Below the pieces are notes generated by a model. That model searched no databases, had not been told where the DNA came from, and was given only the letters and a program-made list of their open reading frames with translations. The position numbers were made by a program, and so were the translations under genes. Positions 1-8,073 of a stretch of 64,000 bases of DNA are shown piece after piece. Numbering within the stretch: position 1 is the stretch's first letter; every line of letters begins with the position of its first letter. The DNA is from a virus: the IMG/VR virus record IMGVR_UViG_3300042303_000421, positions 1 through 64,000 of that record; one strand, 5' to 3'.

Positions 1-56
1 TAGCTTCTAACAGATTATCAGTTCTGACGCTTTACACAGCTTAGCTATTATTTTAA

Positions 57-251
57 AAATCACTTGTCCAAATTCTAGTGGAATATTGTTTTTTCATGGT
101 TCTTATGTCTGACACGGAGTAGTTAATTTCCTCGACAATATCTCTACAATAAACACAACTGCTAGTACAGTTTATAAAGTTGAAAATCAATTTCATTAAT
201 TACATGCTGCGCTAGTAAAAACCTTATTGTTTATCTTCAAGCAAATGATTT
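57..251 (-). ncRNA. Candidate structured ncRNA unit closed by terminal stem
   Basis: AAATCACTTG (57-66) pairs with CAAATGATTT (242-251) with one G-U on the minus strand; no ORF listed; strand inferred from neighbours. Confidence 0.4.
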
Positions 252-271
252 ATATATTTATTTATTTTAAA

Positions 272-405
272 AAATAATATTCTAAATAAGATTTACTTTA
301 ACTACTTCTCGATTTAATATAACGCTAATAATGCATTAAATCTACTACTCGTTATTTTCAAAGGTTTATGTGATAGTTAATCACAACTCATTTAGAATAT
401 TATTT
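272..405 (-). ncRNA. Candidate structured ncRNA unit closed by 16-bp stem
   Basis: Perfect inverted repeat AAATAATATTCTAAAT (272-287) / ATTTAGAATATTATTT (390-405) with internal hairpins; U-tract follows on minus strand. Confidence 0.5.
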
Positions 406-412
406 AATTTTA

Positions 413-718
413 TTATTTGTTAGAATTTCTTCTATTGTGTTTTTTAGTTGTAATAACACCTAATGCTTTTTTATCAGCTTCAGTTAATTTTTTAACTGTT
501 TCAGGATGTGTTTTAACTACTGATTCAATGTGTTTAGTTAAAGCAGCATAACCTTTAGATTCAGATTCTTTTTTAACTTCTTCAAAAGTTTTAGGTTTTA
601 CTGAATTATCCATTGCTTTTTTTTGTTCAATGAATTTATTTCTTTTTTCTTTTGTATCATCTTTAGATACAAAATAAATAATACCTACTAGTATTAAAAT
701 AAACAATGCTATTCCCAT
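413..718 (-). CDS. Small protein with N-terminal membrane anchor
   Basis: 101-aa ORF, hydrophobic residues 1-17 then Lys-rich soluble part. Confidence 0.75.
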   Translation of the reverse strand: MGIALFILILVGIIYFVSKDDTKEKRNKFIEQKKAMDNSVKPKTFEEVKKESESKGYAALTKHIESVVKTHPETVKKLTEADKKALGVITTKKHNRRNSNK

Positions 719-770
719 GATTTTAGTTTTTTTTTGTTAATAATTTGTTATTATATTTTGATAGAGTATA

Positions 771-811
771 AAAAATAAACACACGTAATATAATTTCTTT
801 CTTACGTGTGT
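771..811 (-). terminator. Hairpin plus U-tract (terminator or processing stem)
   Basis: ACACACGTAA (779-788) / TTACGTGTGT (802-811) followed by TTATTTTT on minus strand. Confidence 0.55.
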
Positions 812-827
812 CTACTAACTAACTAAA

Positions 828-1208
828 TCAAATTTCAAAGCGTGTTGCTCCTAAATCTGCTGTTGTTTCAACAAATAATGCTAATACATCATCTAAAGGA
901 ATTGCTTTACTTTTAGTGTCATAAAAACATTGTGTGTTGATTGGTGTGACTTGTTTCCATTCTCTACCTTTTTCTTCAATAGTATGGAATGATTTGTTTT
1001 TTGGATTATTATCTCCACCATAATCATTGAATGTTTTCTTTTCAATGAAATGATATGTTATTACAGCTTCACTATCACCATTTTTAATAGCTCTAAGTTT
1101 AGCGTATAATCCATTTGATTTATTAATCTGATTAGGATTAATATGTTTAGACAATTGTGGTTTAACATTTGTGTTACTTTCCACTTTTTTAAAACTTTTA
1201 CTTGACAT
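828..1208 (-). CDS. Hypothetical protein
   Basis: 126-aa ORF, AT-rich leader, co-oriented with neighbours. Confidence 0.7.
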   Translation of the reverse strand: MSSKSFKKVESNTNVKPQLSKHINPNQINKSNGLYAKLRAIKNGDSEAVITYHFIEKKTFNDYGGDNNPKNKSFHTIEEKGREWKQVTPINTQCFYDTKSKAIPLDDVLALFVETTADLGATRFEI

Positions 1209-1222
1209 AATATTTAATTTAA

Positions 1223-1444
1223 TTAGTTAATTTGTTTTACAACTTCATTGATGTATACTGAACTAAAAAGCCATCCTAATAATGAAAAAAACCAAAATGG
1301 ACCTGTCATAACACAAGACATAAATTCAATATCTGTTGTTATTGTAAGAAATGCTGAAATAAATGTAGAAGGTAATAAACCTAATACAAAAATAGAAAGT
1401 ACAATTAATATACCTTCTAATACTTTTAATAATAAGTGTTTCAT
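1223..1444 (-). CDS. Small two-TM membrane protein (paralog of 1847-2062)
   Basis: MKxLLLKVLExIxIVxSIFVLG...PFW...GWL pattern shared with 1847-2062. Confidence 0.8.
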   Translation of the reverse strand: MKHLLLKVLEGILIVLSIFVLGLLPSTFISAFLTITTDIEFMSCVMTGPFWFFSLLGWLFSSVYINEVVKQIN

Positions 1445-1469
1445 AATATTTAATTTGTTAGTTTACTGT

Positions 1470-1826
1470 TTAATAAATAGAATATGTTATAAAATCAGAT
1501 TCTATTAATCTTATTTTTCCTTCCCATGTATTACAACCTCCGAAAGTATAATAATAAGTATTTGTTACTATTTCTTCTTCAGTATTTAATAATGATTCAT
1601 TATAAACAACTAATTCAGTTGAATAAAAATATACATTTTCTAATACTTGTGATGGATTTTCTTCATAACAAGGATATGTATAATTAGTTGTTTTTTTGAA
1701 TGTATGTTTAAACATATATTCATTTAAAGGTTGATTGTTATCTTCTACATATGTATCATCATTTGTACAAGCTAAAGTAAATAATAGTATAATACATACT
1801 ATTGTTGAGGTTAAAAATGTTTTCAT
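1470..1826 (-). CDS. Putative lipoprotein
   Basis: Signal peptide ending LFTLA-C followed by acidic TNDD, typical of Bacteroidota lipoproteins. Confidence 0.7.
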   Translation of the reverse strand: MKTFLTSTIVCIILLFTLACTNDDTYVEDNNQPLNEYMFKHTFKKTTNYTYPCYEENPSQVLENVYFYSTELVVYNESLLNTEEEIVTNTYYYTFGGCNTWEGKIRLIESDFITYSIY

Positions 1827-1846
1827 TATTTAATATAATAAATAGT

Positions 1847-2062
1847 TTACATTAGATCATAATCTAATATATAAGAACCAGCTATAAGCCATCCTGTAAA
1901 TGTAACAACCCAAAAAGGAATAGTTACAATACATTCAGTCATAGTTACGTCTGTAAATATTGTTATAAATGTAGAAACAAGTAAAGGAAATACAATTCCT
2001 AATACAAAAATAGAAGCTACAATTGTAATAGCTTCTAATACTTTTAATAATAATTTTTTCAT
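1847..2062 (-). CDS. Small two-TM membrane protein (paralog of 1223-1444)
   Basis: Clear sequence similarity to 1223-1444. Confidence 0.8.
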   Translation of the reverse strand: MKKLLLKVLEAITIVASIFVLGIVFPLLVSTFITIFTDVTMTECIVTIPFWVVTFTGWLIAGSYILDYDLM

Positions 2063-2093
2063 TATATTTAATTGTTTTAATTAGTTAATATTG

Positions 2094-2165
2094 TAGTCCG
2101 TATGGGATTCGAACCCATGACTTTGCCGTGAAAGGGCAATGACTTAACCACTTGTCGAACGGACC
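2094..2165 (-). tRNA. tRNA-Glu (TTC)
   Basis: Minus strand GGTCCGT acceptor stem, D arm with TGGTTAAG, anticodon arm TTGCC-CTTTCAC-GGCAA, T arm ATGGG-TTCGAAT-CCCAT; CCA not encoded. Confidence 0.95.
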
Positions 2166-2246
2166 GTTTACATTAGTTTTGAACATGATTAAATATACTT
2201 CACTACGATGTCTTCACGTATAATGTTATTGTTTAGTTAGTTAATA

Positions 2247-2408
2247 AAACTATTAGGTTCAATATAGTGTGTACAAGCACCAGCATACCTTTTAATATCC
2301 ACAGAGCTATTGTTACCAATAGATGCTATTAAATTACAGGTGAAGTAAGTATTGTCATGACTCAATATTGTTTAATTTCTTTTCAACATAGTATTGACCT
2401 AATAGTTT
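2247..2408 (-). ncRNA. Candidate structured ncRNA unit upstream of tRNA
   Basis: AAACTATTAGGT (2247-2258) / ACCTAATAGTTT (2397-2408) extended by CAATA/TATTG; internal CTATTG-GTAA-CAATAG hairpin. Confidence 0.5.
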
Positions 2409-2464
2409 GATTTAATATAATCAGTCAACCCAGCATTACCTGTAATTGACTGACTAAAGTGTTG

Positions 2465-2713
2465 TTAAACTTGTTTAAGAATAAATGTTGAATTGTCGTG
2501 TTGATACCACAATGTACCATTAGGAATACTAATAGCGTATTTATTGTTGATATACTCAACACCATCAAATTCTCTCATAAGAAAGTCTTTTACAAATTCT
2601 GCATCTAATTTACCTAATACTTGATACTCTCTCTTGTCAGTCCAATTAGGATATACAAGATTAGATTCAATAGTATGATGAGATATACGATTAATCACTT
2701 CAAATTGTGCCAT
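2465..2713 (-). CDS. Hypothetical protein
   Basis: 82-aa ORF with plausible composition. Confidence 0.7.
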   Translation of the reverse strand: MAQFEVINRISHHTIESNLVYPNWTDKREYQVLGKLDAEFVKDFLMREFDGVEYINNKYAISIPNGTLWYQHDNSTFILKQV

Positions 2714-2754
2714 AATTTTGTTATTTAGTCAGTTAATAATTTGTTTTAAAAATA

Positions 2755-2993
2755 AACTAATATATGAGGTATTACATCTCATACTGTTACCAACAGCTAT
2801 AATTAGTTAAAAATAAATACAAAGTGTGCAATATACTTGTCTATACACCACTAACTTCCTCTTTGTATTTAAAAAATAAACTCTACAAGGTTGCACCTTG
2901 AAATTATAATGAGGAACCTGTAGAAATGCTCTATTATAATATATCACTTGGTTTACAAGTCTTTGTGATAATTCCTGCAATTGGATAGAGTTT
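2755..2993 (-). ncRNA. Three abutting stem-closed RNA units (2755-2808, 2815-2870, 2878-2993)
   Basis: Inverted repeats AACTAAT/ATTAGTT, AAATACAAAG/CTTTGTATTT, AAACTCTA/TAGAGTTT, each followed on minus strand by TTATTTTT-like tract. Confidence 0.5.
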
Positions 2994-3096
2994 AAAATTC
3001 GTGCATAGCTACGCTAGTATACTATGTTCTTTTTTGTATATCATAATCTATTTGTTCTATTGTTTGTAGCTATATTATAAATAGACAAAATACTAC

Positions 3097-3275
3097 AACT
3101 CACCTGATCTTATTTCTGCGTCAGTGACATAAAAATGCATTTTACACCTAAAACTTTATTTGTTATATCTTTAATAAGATAACCTATAGACTAATAATTA
3201 CCTATTTTATAAGGGAATAAGCTAACTAATAATAAAGAAACTGGTGTCCTCAACATCTTGGAAAGTTATTAAGTT
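3097..3275 (-). ncRNA. Candidate multibranch ncRNA
   Basis: Nested stems AACTCA/TAAGTT, ACACC (3144-3148)/GGTGT (3243-3247), CTTTATT/AATAAAG, CTGA/TCAG; no ORF listed. Confidence 0.45.
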
Positions 3276-3666
3276 TTTTAGTAAATAAATTGTTCTTTCA
3301 TCATTGAACTAGTGTATATAATCAGAATATACTATTTAATTTACTATTTTGATAGACATTTCTACTTATATTATTCAATCAATAAGATAAACCAATTTGA
3401 GGAAATGTGCTATAATAAAAGAGCAATGTGGTTAAATTGAATGATGAAATGAGAGAGAATGTTGATTGTAGGGATAATCCTTCACTCATACCACTACATT
3501 AACCTCTGTCAAACCCTATAAACACTGACATTTCATAGATAATAACTGTGAGATAGAGTTTTAAAAGTAATAAGAGAAATGTCGAGAACTCTTAATACAT
3601 TTAAAGTATATTCTCACAGTCATATCAATGATAGGTTGTTGCATTACTATGTGTAATACTACGTGT

Positions 3667-3689
3667 CAAACAAAAGAGGTCGAAACCTC
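3667..3689 (-). terminator. Intrinsic terminator
   Basis: Minus strand GAGGT-TTCG-ACCTC-TTTTGTTTG directly after the 3697 stop. Confidence 0.75.
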
Positions 3690-3696
3690 AATTGTA

Positions 3697-4122
3697 TTAT
3701 GGGCCTACCTTAACTACAGGCTCTTTAGCAACTTCTTCAAGTACTACAAATTGACGATGTAGTGACTCACGTTGGTCTGCAGGACATAATCTAATTTGGC
3801 TGTAACGTCCTAATTTAGCTTCTGTGGAAGGATTAATATCTTCCTCTTGTCCTTCATAGAAAGGTGTTTTAGAGAAAGCACGATAAGGAGCAATTTTACC
3901 CTTATTAACAGAGTTAATTACTAAGTCTACTTGGCGAGACACTGCCTCTGTAGACATACCTTTAATCCACACTAAAGATTTCTCTTCTCTAACATAACCT
4001 GTGTTCATATCTAATGTTTCATCATTGATTTCAACACACATTGAGGTTTGTTCTCTACCGTCTGAAGTAGTTTTAGTCCATACTGACTGACTGTTTGCGT
4101 CTACGAATTTCTTTGCGTTCAT
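3697..4122 (-). CDS. Hypothetical protein, first gene of the leftward arm
   Basis: 141-aa ORF followed by terminator. Confidence 0.8.
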   Translation of the reverse strand: MNAKKFVDANSQSVWTKTTSDGREQTSMCVEINDETLDMNTGYVREEKSLVWIKGMSTEAVSRQVDLVINSVNKGKIAPYRAFSKTPFYEGQEEDINPSTEAKLGRYSQIRLCPADQRESLHRQFVVLEEVAKEPVVKVGP

Positions 4123-4323
4123 GATACGTTTGTTTATTGTGTAGTGAGTGTTGACAATGTAACTAAAACACTACAATTATACATTAAATTTTAGCAAGCC
4201 TATAAAACATAGGGTATACTCCAAAATTTTGAAGAAGTCGGGGCATGATATTGGCTTAGCAACCACTCTTAATCATAAAAAATTTTAAAAAAAAATATTT
4301 TTCAAAAAAAAATTACAACAATT

Positions 4324-4399
4324 AGCTATTAGAGAATGTAATTATAACAAAAATTTAACTAAAAAAATTTGGAAATTACAAATAAATGTTGTATCTTTG
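4324..4399 (+). promoter_or_regulatory. Bacteroidota-type promoter with upstream AGCTATTAG box
   Basis: TTTG 4368-4371, 20-nt spacer, TATCTTTG 4392-4399; AGCTATTAG at 4324-4332. Confidence 0.8.
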
Positions 4400-4413
4400 C
4401 ACTTATTAAAATA

Positions 4414-4685
4414 TCTTACTTTGAAAGATGCTCTGCTGGATACCATAAATTTGCTCCAGTATCAAAGGGTTAAGTAAGAAGTTGGAATCCAATCGTTCCC
4501 AACAATTCAAGACTATAAATTGATTTAACAAAAAGTGTCACGAACTAAAAATGTTACTAGATAACAGTTAAATCTGGGATAATGCACTGTTTATAGTTCA
4601 AGAAGAAGTTAAAATATGACGGTTTATGCAATACACACCAGTTTGCATATAGGGATTCTTATATCTAATTACTAAAGTTAGATAT
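4414..4685 (+). ncRNA. Candidate structured RNA / long 5' leader
   Basis: At least seven stems between the promoter and the 4714 ATG (see findings). Confidence 0.55.
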
Positions 4686-4713
4686 TAAATAGTTAATTAT
4701 AAATTAATATATA

Positions 4714-5256
4714 ATGGTGTATTTTGTGTCCGATGGTATCTATACTAAAATAGGTAAAAGTAAAACTCCTTTAAATAGAATAAAGGAATTACAAACAAGT
4801 AATGCTAATAAATTATTTTTTACACATTTATTTGATGTAAAAGATAAATATGAAAAAACATTACATAAATTATTTAAAGAATATAAAACTGATTCTAATA
4901 ATGAATGGTTTGATTTAAGAAATGTTAATATTGAAAATATACTTATTGGTAATCTATTTAAAATTCCACAATTTATAGATATTAAACTAGCTGAGTTTAA
5001 AGCTTTACAATTTAATTCTAAAGTTAATAAAACATTTAAACAAAATCAAAATATTCCTAATACAGATAGTTGTGATAAAAGTAAAATTAAATTATTATTA
5101 GACGATATTAAACATTGTTTAAAGAATAAAAAAAATACAAGAATATCCTATCATAAATATATTGTTGATTATGGTTTTACTAAAGAACAAATATCTTTTT
5201 TTGTAAAATCAGCAAGATTAAACAAATTAGTAGCTAAACACAATAATAATATTTAG
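4714..5256 (+). CDS. T5orf172/GIY-YIG-superfamily nuclease-domain protein
   Basis: VYFV...KIGKS..P..RIKELQT.N...E..LH..F......EWF pattern. Confidence 0.75.
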   Translation: MVYFVSDGIYTKIGKSKTPLNRIKELQTSNANKLFFTHLFDVKDKYEKTLHKLFKEYKTDSNNEWFDLRNVNIENILIGNLFKIPQFIDIKLAEFKALQFNSKVNKTFKQNQNIPNTDSCDKSKIKLLLDDIKHCLKNKKNTRISYHKYIVDYGFTKEQISFFVKSARLNKLVAKHNNNI

Positions 5257-5286
5257 TACCCCTCCTATGATAGTATTGTAGGATCC

Positions 5287-5320
5287 AACCACTTTAACTT
5301 AGGTTTTAGTGGTTTTTTTT
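5287..5320 (+). terminator. Intrinsic terminator
   Basis: AACCACT/AGTGGTT stem plus T-run. Confidence 0.75.
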
Positions 5321-5361
5321 ATGTCTATATATGTTAAAGTTTTGTTAAACACTTTAAATAA

Positions 5362-5393
5362 TTTGGATATATCATTTATTTTTTGTATCTTTG
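5362..5393 (+). promoter_or_regulatory. Bacteroidota-type promoter
   Basis: TTTG 5362-5365, N20, TATCTTTG 5386-5393. Confidence 0.75.
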
Positions 5394-5416
5394 TACAAGA
5401 TTTAAAATTAGAGGTT

Positions 5417-5611
5417 ATGACATATAAAGATTGGTGTAGTAAATTACAGTGGTTAAGAGATAAAGTTATATTACCAGATGGTACTTCACTTAGTAAAGCA
5501 GATTATATTACTAAAGATGGATTTGATATTAAATCCTTTAATGAATTACTTTATAACTTATATGAAAAACAAACAAAAGAAGTTAAATATTTTAATGATG
5601 AATGGAATTAA
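5417..5611 (+). CDS. Hypothetical protein
   Basis: Start moved to ATG 5417 because the longer ORF call runs through a terminator and promoter. Confidence 0.65.
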   Translation: MTYKDWCSKLQWLRDKVILPDGTSLSKADYITKDGFDIKSFNELLYNLYEKQTKEVKYFNDEWN

Positions 5612-5794
5612 ATGAGGATAACAGATAATATATTTATAGAACTTAATAATCCTAGAATAGAATTTACATTAGGGTTACATCACGAAATAGATATGGTGAT
5701 GATAGAGAAAGAAGATGAAGAAGAGAATGAAATTATACCAATGTATAGATTGGTTTTAGGATTTTTAGTGTTTAACATAACAATATTTTACTAA
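5612..5794 (+). CDS. Hypothetical small protein
   Basis: 60-aa ORF abutting neighbours. Confidence 0.65.
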   Translation: MRITDNIFIELNNPRIEFTLGLHHEIDMVMIEKEDEEENEIIPMYRLVLGFLVFNITIFY

Positions 5795-6069
5795 TGTTTT
5801 TAGATATACAAAAGAAATACAACGAAATAGAACAAGATATTATAGAGAATGAAAAGGATATATTTTTAAGATATAACTATTTTTCTAAGAAATATAAGGG
5901 TGATAGATTAAATGATGTGAATGTAGGTTTATTTTTAAATGATAATTTAGAACCAGTAGCACAGATATTTGTTAGAAACAAAACGGGTTATATTAAAAAA
6001 CATATAATCTTTAATAGAGAAGGAAATAAAATTTTAAATACAATAACTTTAAATTATAAAATAAACTAA
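5794..6069 (+). CDS. Hypothetical protein
   Basis: TAATG coupling at both ends. Confidence 0.7.
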   Translation: MFLDIQKKYNEIEQDIIENEKDIFLRYNYFSKKYKGDRLNDVNVGLFLNDNLEPVAQIFVRNKTGYIKKHIIFNREGNKILNTITLNYKIN

Positions 6070-6374
6070 TGGGAGATATATTTTTATATAATGAAGCAGA
6101 GCATTATGTTAATACTTTAAATGGAGTATTAAATCAAGGTAATCTTGAATTTGCTAAAAAAACATTACTGTTTGATACAGTAAGACCACACACAGAGGTT
6201 GTATCAGCTAAACAACATTATCCAGAGAATGATCTTTCTAAAGTAGAACTTAAAATTGATGTGGTTCTAATGGATAGAGAAAGATATGATAGATTAATTA
6301 AGTTGGAGAAAGCATTAAATAGTCAATATAATAATAGTACTAAAAAAGAATATTTAAATTTTCCTAAATTATAA
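6069..6374 (+). CDS. Hypothetical protein
   Basis: 101-aa ORF, translationally coupled. Confidence 0.7.
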   Translation: MGDIFLYNEAEHYVNTLNGVLNQGNLEFAKKTLLFDTVRPHTEVVSAKQHYPENDLSKVELKIDVVLMDRERYDRLIKLEKALNSQYNNSTKKEYLNFPKL

Positions 6375-6377
6375 TTT

Positions 6378-6674
6378 ATGAGTAGTTATATGAAAAGTGG
6401 GTTACGTCAAATGAAAGTAGCTGAAGGTAAGAAAACAAAGAAACATGTAAAAGCTTCTTATAAGATTATGCATGACATGGAAGAAATAAGTAAATTTTTA
6501 GATCCAACAATAGATTACAATGAAGAAAATATTAATGAATATGTTTTACCTTTGTACGGTAGGGATCTTGATCCAATGGAAAAGTTTCTAGTGTTAGGTA
6601 AGATACACTCACGTAAAGAAGATGTTGTTAATAATATAGAAGTTAAACATGGCTTACAAAATAACACTGAATAA
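6378..6674 (+). CDS. Hypothetical protein
   Basis: 98-aa ORF in operon. Confidence 0.7.
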   Translation: MSSYMKSGLRQMKVAEGKKTKKHVKASYKIMHDMEEISKFLDPTIDYNEENINEYVLPLYGRDLDPMEKFLVLGKIHSRKEDVVNNIEVKHGLQNNTE

Positions 6675-6930
6675 TATTAAACAGTATATTGAAGGTAATA
6701 CCCAGATGATGTTAGATGGTCTGGGTATAAAACCTGACTATTATAAAGAACAGATTGCTTATAGAATGTTACAATGTAGAGATTGTATGTCTAAAGGTGA
6801 ATGTGCTTATTGTGGTTGTAGTGTACCTGGAAAGTTATATGTTGCTCAATCTTGTAATAATGGTAAAAGATTTCCTGATTTAATGGATGAAACAGAATGG
6901 ACTAAATATAAAGAAGACAATGACATTTAA
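6649..6930 (+). CDS. Cys-rich putative zinc-binding protein
   Basis: CRDC..CAYCGC..C motifs. Confidence 0.7.
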   Translation: MAYKITLNNIKQYIEGNTQMMLDGLGIKPDYYKEQIAYRMLQCRDCMSKGECAYCGCSVPGKLYVAQSCNNGKRFPDLMDETEWTKYKEDNDI

Positions 6931-7138
6931 TAATACATATACATTAAAGGATAAAAACATTAAGAAGCTTTTAGATAAAGTAGAAGCATTTATAACTAAT
7001 ATGAATGTGTTTACAACTAAGCATGAAGGATATTCTTATAAGTTAGAAATTAGTAAGTTTAAAAACTTATGGGAAGCAGAAATACATATAAAAGATGAAA
7101 AGCAAAATAGTATTAAAAGAACTGAAAAAACTCTATAA
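6920..7138 (+). CDS. Hypothetical protein
   Basis: In-frame ATG at 6920 reduces overlap. Confidence 0.55.
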   Translation: MTFNNTYTLKDKNIKKLLDKVEAFITNMNVFTTKHEGYSYKLEISKFKNLWEAEIHIKDEKQNSIKRTEKTL

Positions 7139-7406
7139 ACATTTAACGTATTATAATTGGTTAGCACCTTTTCCAGTATATGATACAGATTATGTAAAAG
7201 ACGTTGATAATAAAATTAAAGAGATAATGGAAAATAATAAAAAAGATTATGACGAGGAACCAGTAGTAGCTTGTAAGTATTGTAAAAGTTTACACATTGA
7301 AACAGATGAATTAAACAATGATGTGTGTATGAAATGTGGTAGTATTAATGAACTACAAACATTTAAAAATATTTTTGACTACAAAAAATTTAAAGAAGAA
7401 TCATAA
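7095..7406 (+). CDS. Zinc-ribbon protein
   Basis: CKYC...CMKC motif. Confidence 0.7.
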   Translation: MKSKIVLKELKKLYKHLTYYNWLAPFPVYDTDYVKDVDNKIKEIMENNKKDYDEEPVVACKYCKSLHIETDELNNDVCMKCGSINELQTFKNIFDYKKFKEES

Positions 7407-7407
7407 T

Positions 7408-8073
7408 ATGCATCAAGCTAACAGACAACGTAAAAATGAAATTAAATATAATGTCACTTTAAATGAAGAACAGAAAGAAGCTAAACGAGCTATTATAGAT
7501 AATCAAATTGTAATAATTACTGGTAGAGCAGGTTCGGGTAAATCATTAGTAGGTGCTGTTACAGCTTTAGATTTTTTAAATACTAAACAATGTGATAAAG
7601 TATTAGTTGCTAGAAGTGCTGTTGAAGTAGGTAAATCATTAGGTTTTTTACCTGGAGATTTAAAAGAAAAGTTTAATCCTTATATGGAAGCTTTAATAGA
7701 AAATCTTTATAAGTGTATGGATAGATTAAAAATTGATGATTTTGTTAAACAAGGAAAAATTCAAGCTTTACCTGTACAGTTTATTAGGGGTAAAACTATT
7801 GATGATATATTGATTGTTGAAGAAGCACAAAACCTAACACCTAAAGAAATGGAAGCAATTTTAACCAGATTAGGTACTACAGGTAAAATAATTGTTAATG
7901 GTGATGCTAGTCAACGAGATATTAGTTTAGATAAAGAAACAGGTGGTATAACAGGATTAGACTTTGCAATTGAGTTATCTAAAAACATTGAAGGTATTGT
8001 ACACATTAAACTTAAAGAAAATCACAGAAGTGGACTAGTCGGAAAAATACTAGATTATATATATGGAAAATAA
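7408..8073 (+). CDS. phoH: PhoH-family ATPase
   Basis: GRAGSGKS Walker A, LGFLPGDL.EK..PY, RGKT, EEAQN, GD..Q.D, HRS motifs; start at ATG 7408. Confidence 0.92.
   Translation: MHQANRQRKNEIKYNVTLNEEQKEAKRAIIDNQIVIITGRAGSGKSLVGAVTALDFLNTKQCDKVLVARSAVEVGKSLGFLPGDLKEKFNPYMEALIENLYKCMDRLKIDDFVKQGKIQALPVQFIRGKTIDDILIVEEAQNLTPKEMEAILTRLGTTGKIIVNGDASQRDISLDKETGGITGLDFAIELSKNIEGIVHIKLKENHRSGLVGKILDYIYGK

Noticed and set aside
1248-1508. Plus-strand ORF, and other shadow ORFs (e.g. 8264-8464, 12016-12246, 26126-26602, 43554-44081, 62678-62887)
   Set aside because: Antisense or out-of-frame overlaps of well-supported genes with no motifs
2060-2094. HDV-like (theta) ribozyme at the tRNA 3' end
   Set aside because: Only about 30 nt of AT-rich sequence before the next start codon
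2080-2740. Recurrent TTAGTTAAT-like motif as vRNAP promoter
   Set aside because: Too AT-rich and inconsistently placed to support
4430-4600. Group I intron (TGCTGG, TTCAAGACTA, TATAGTTC resemble P/R/S elements)
   Set aside because: Could not build P3/P6/P7 convincingly and no interrupted exon is evident; kept only as an unknown structured RNA
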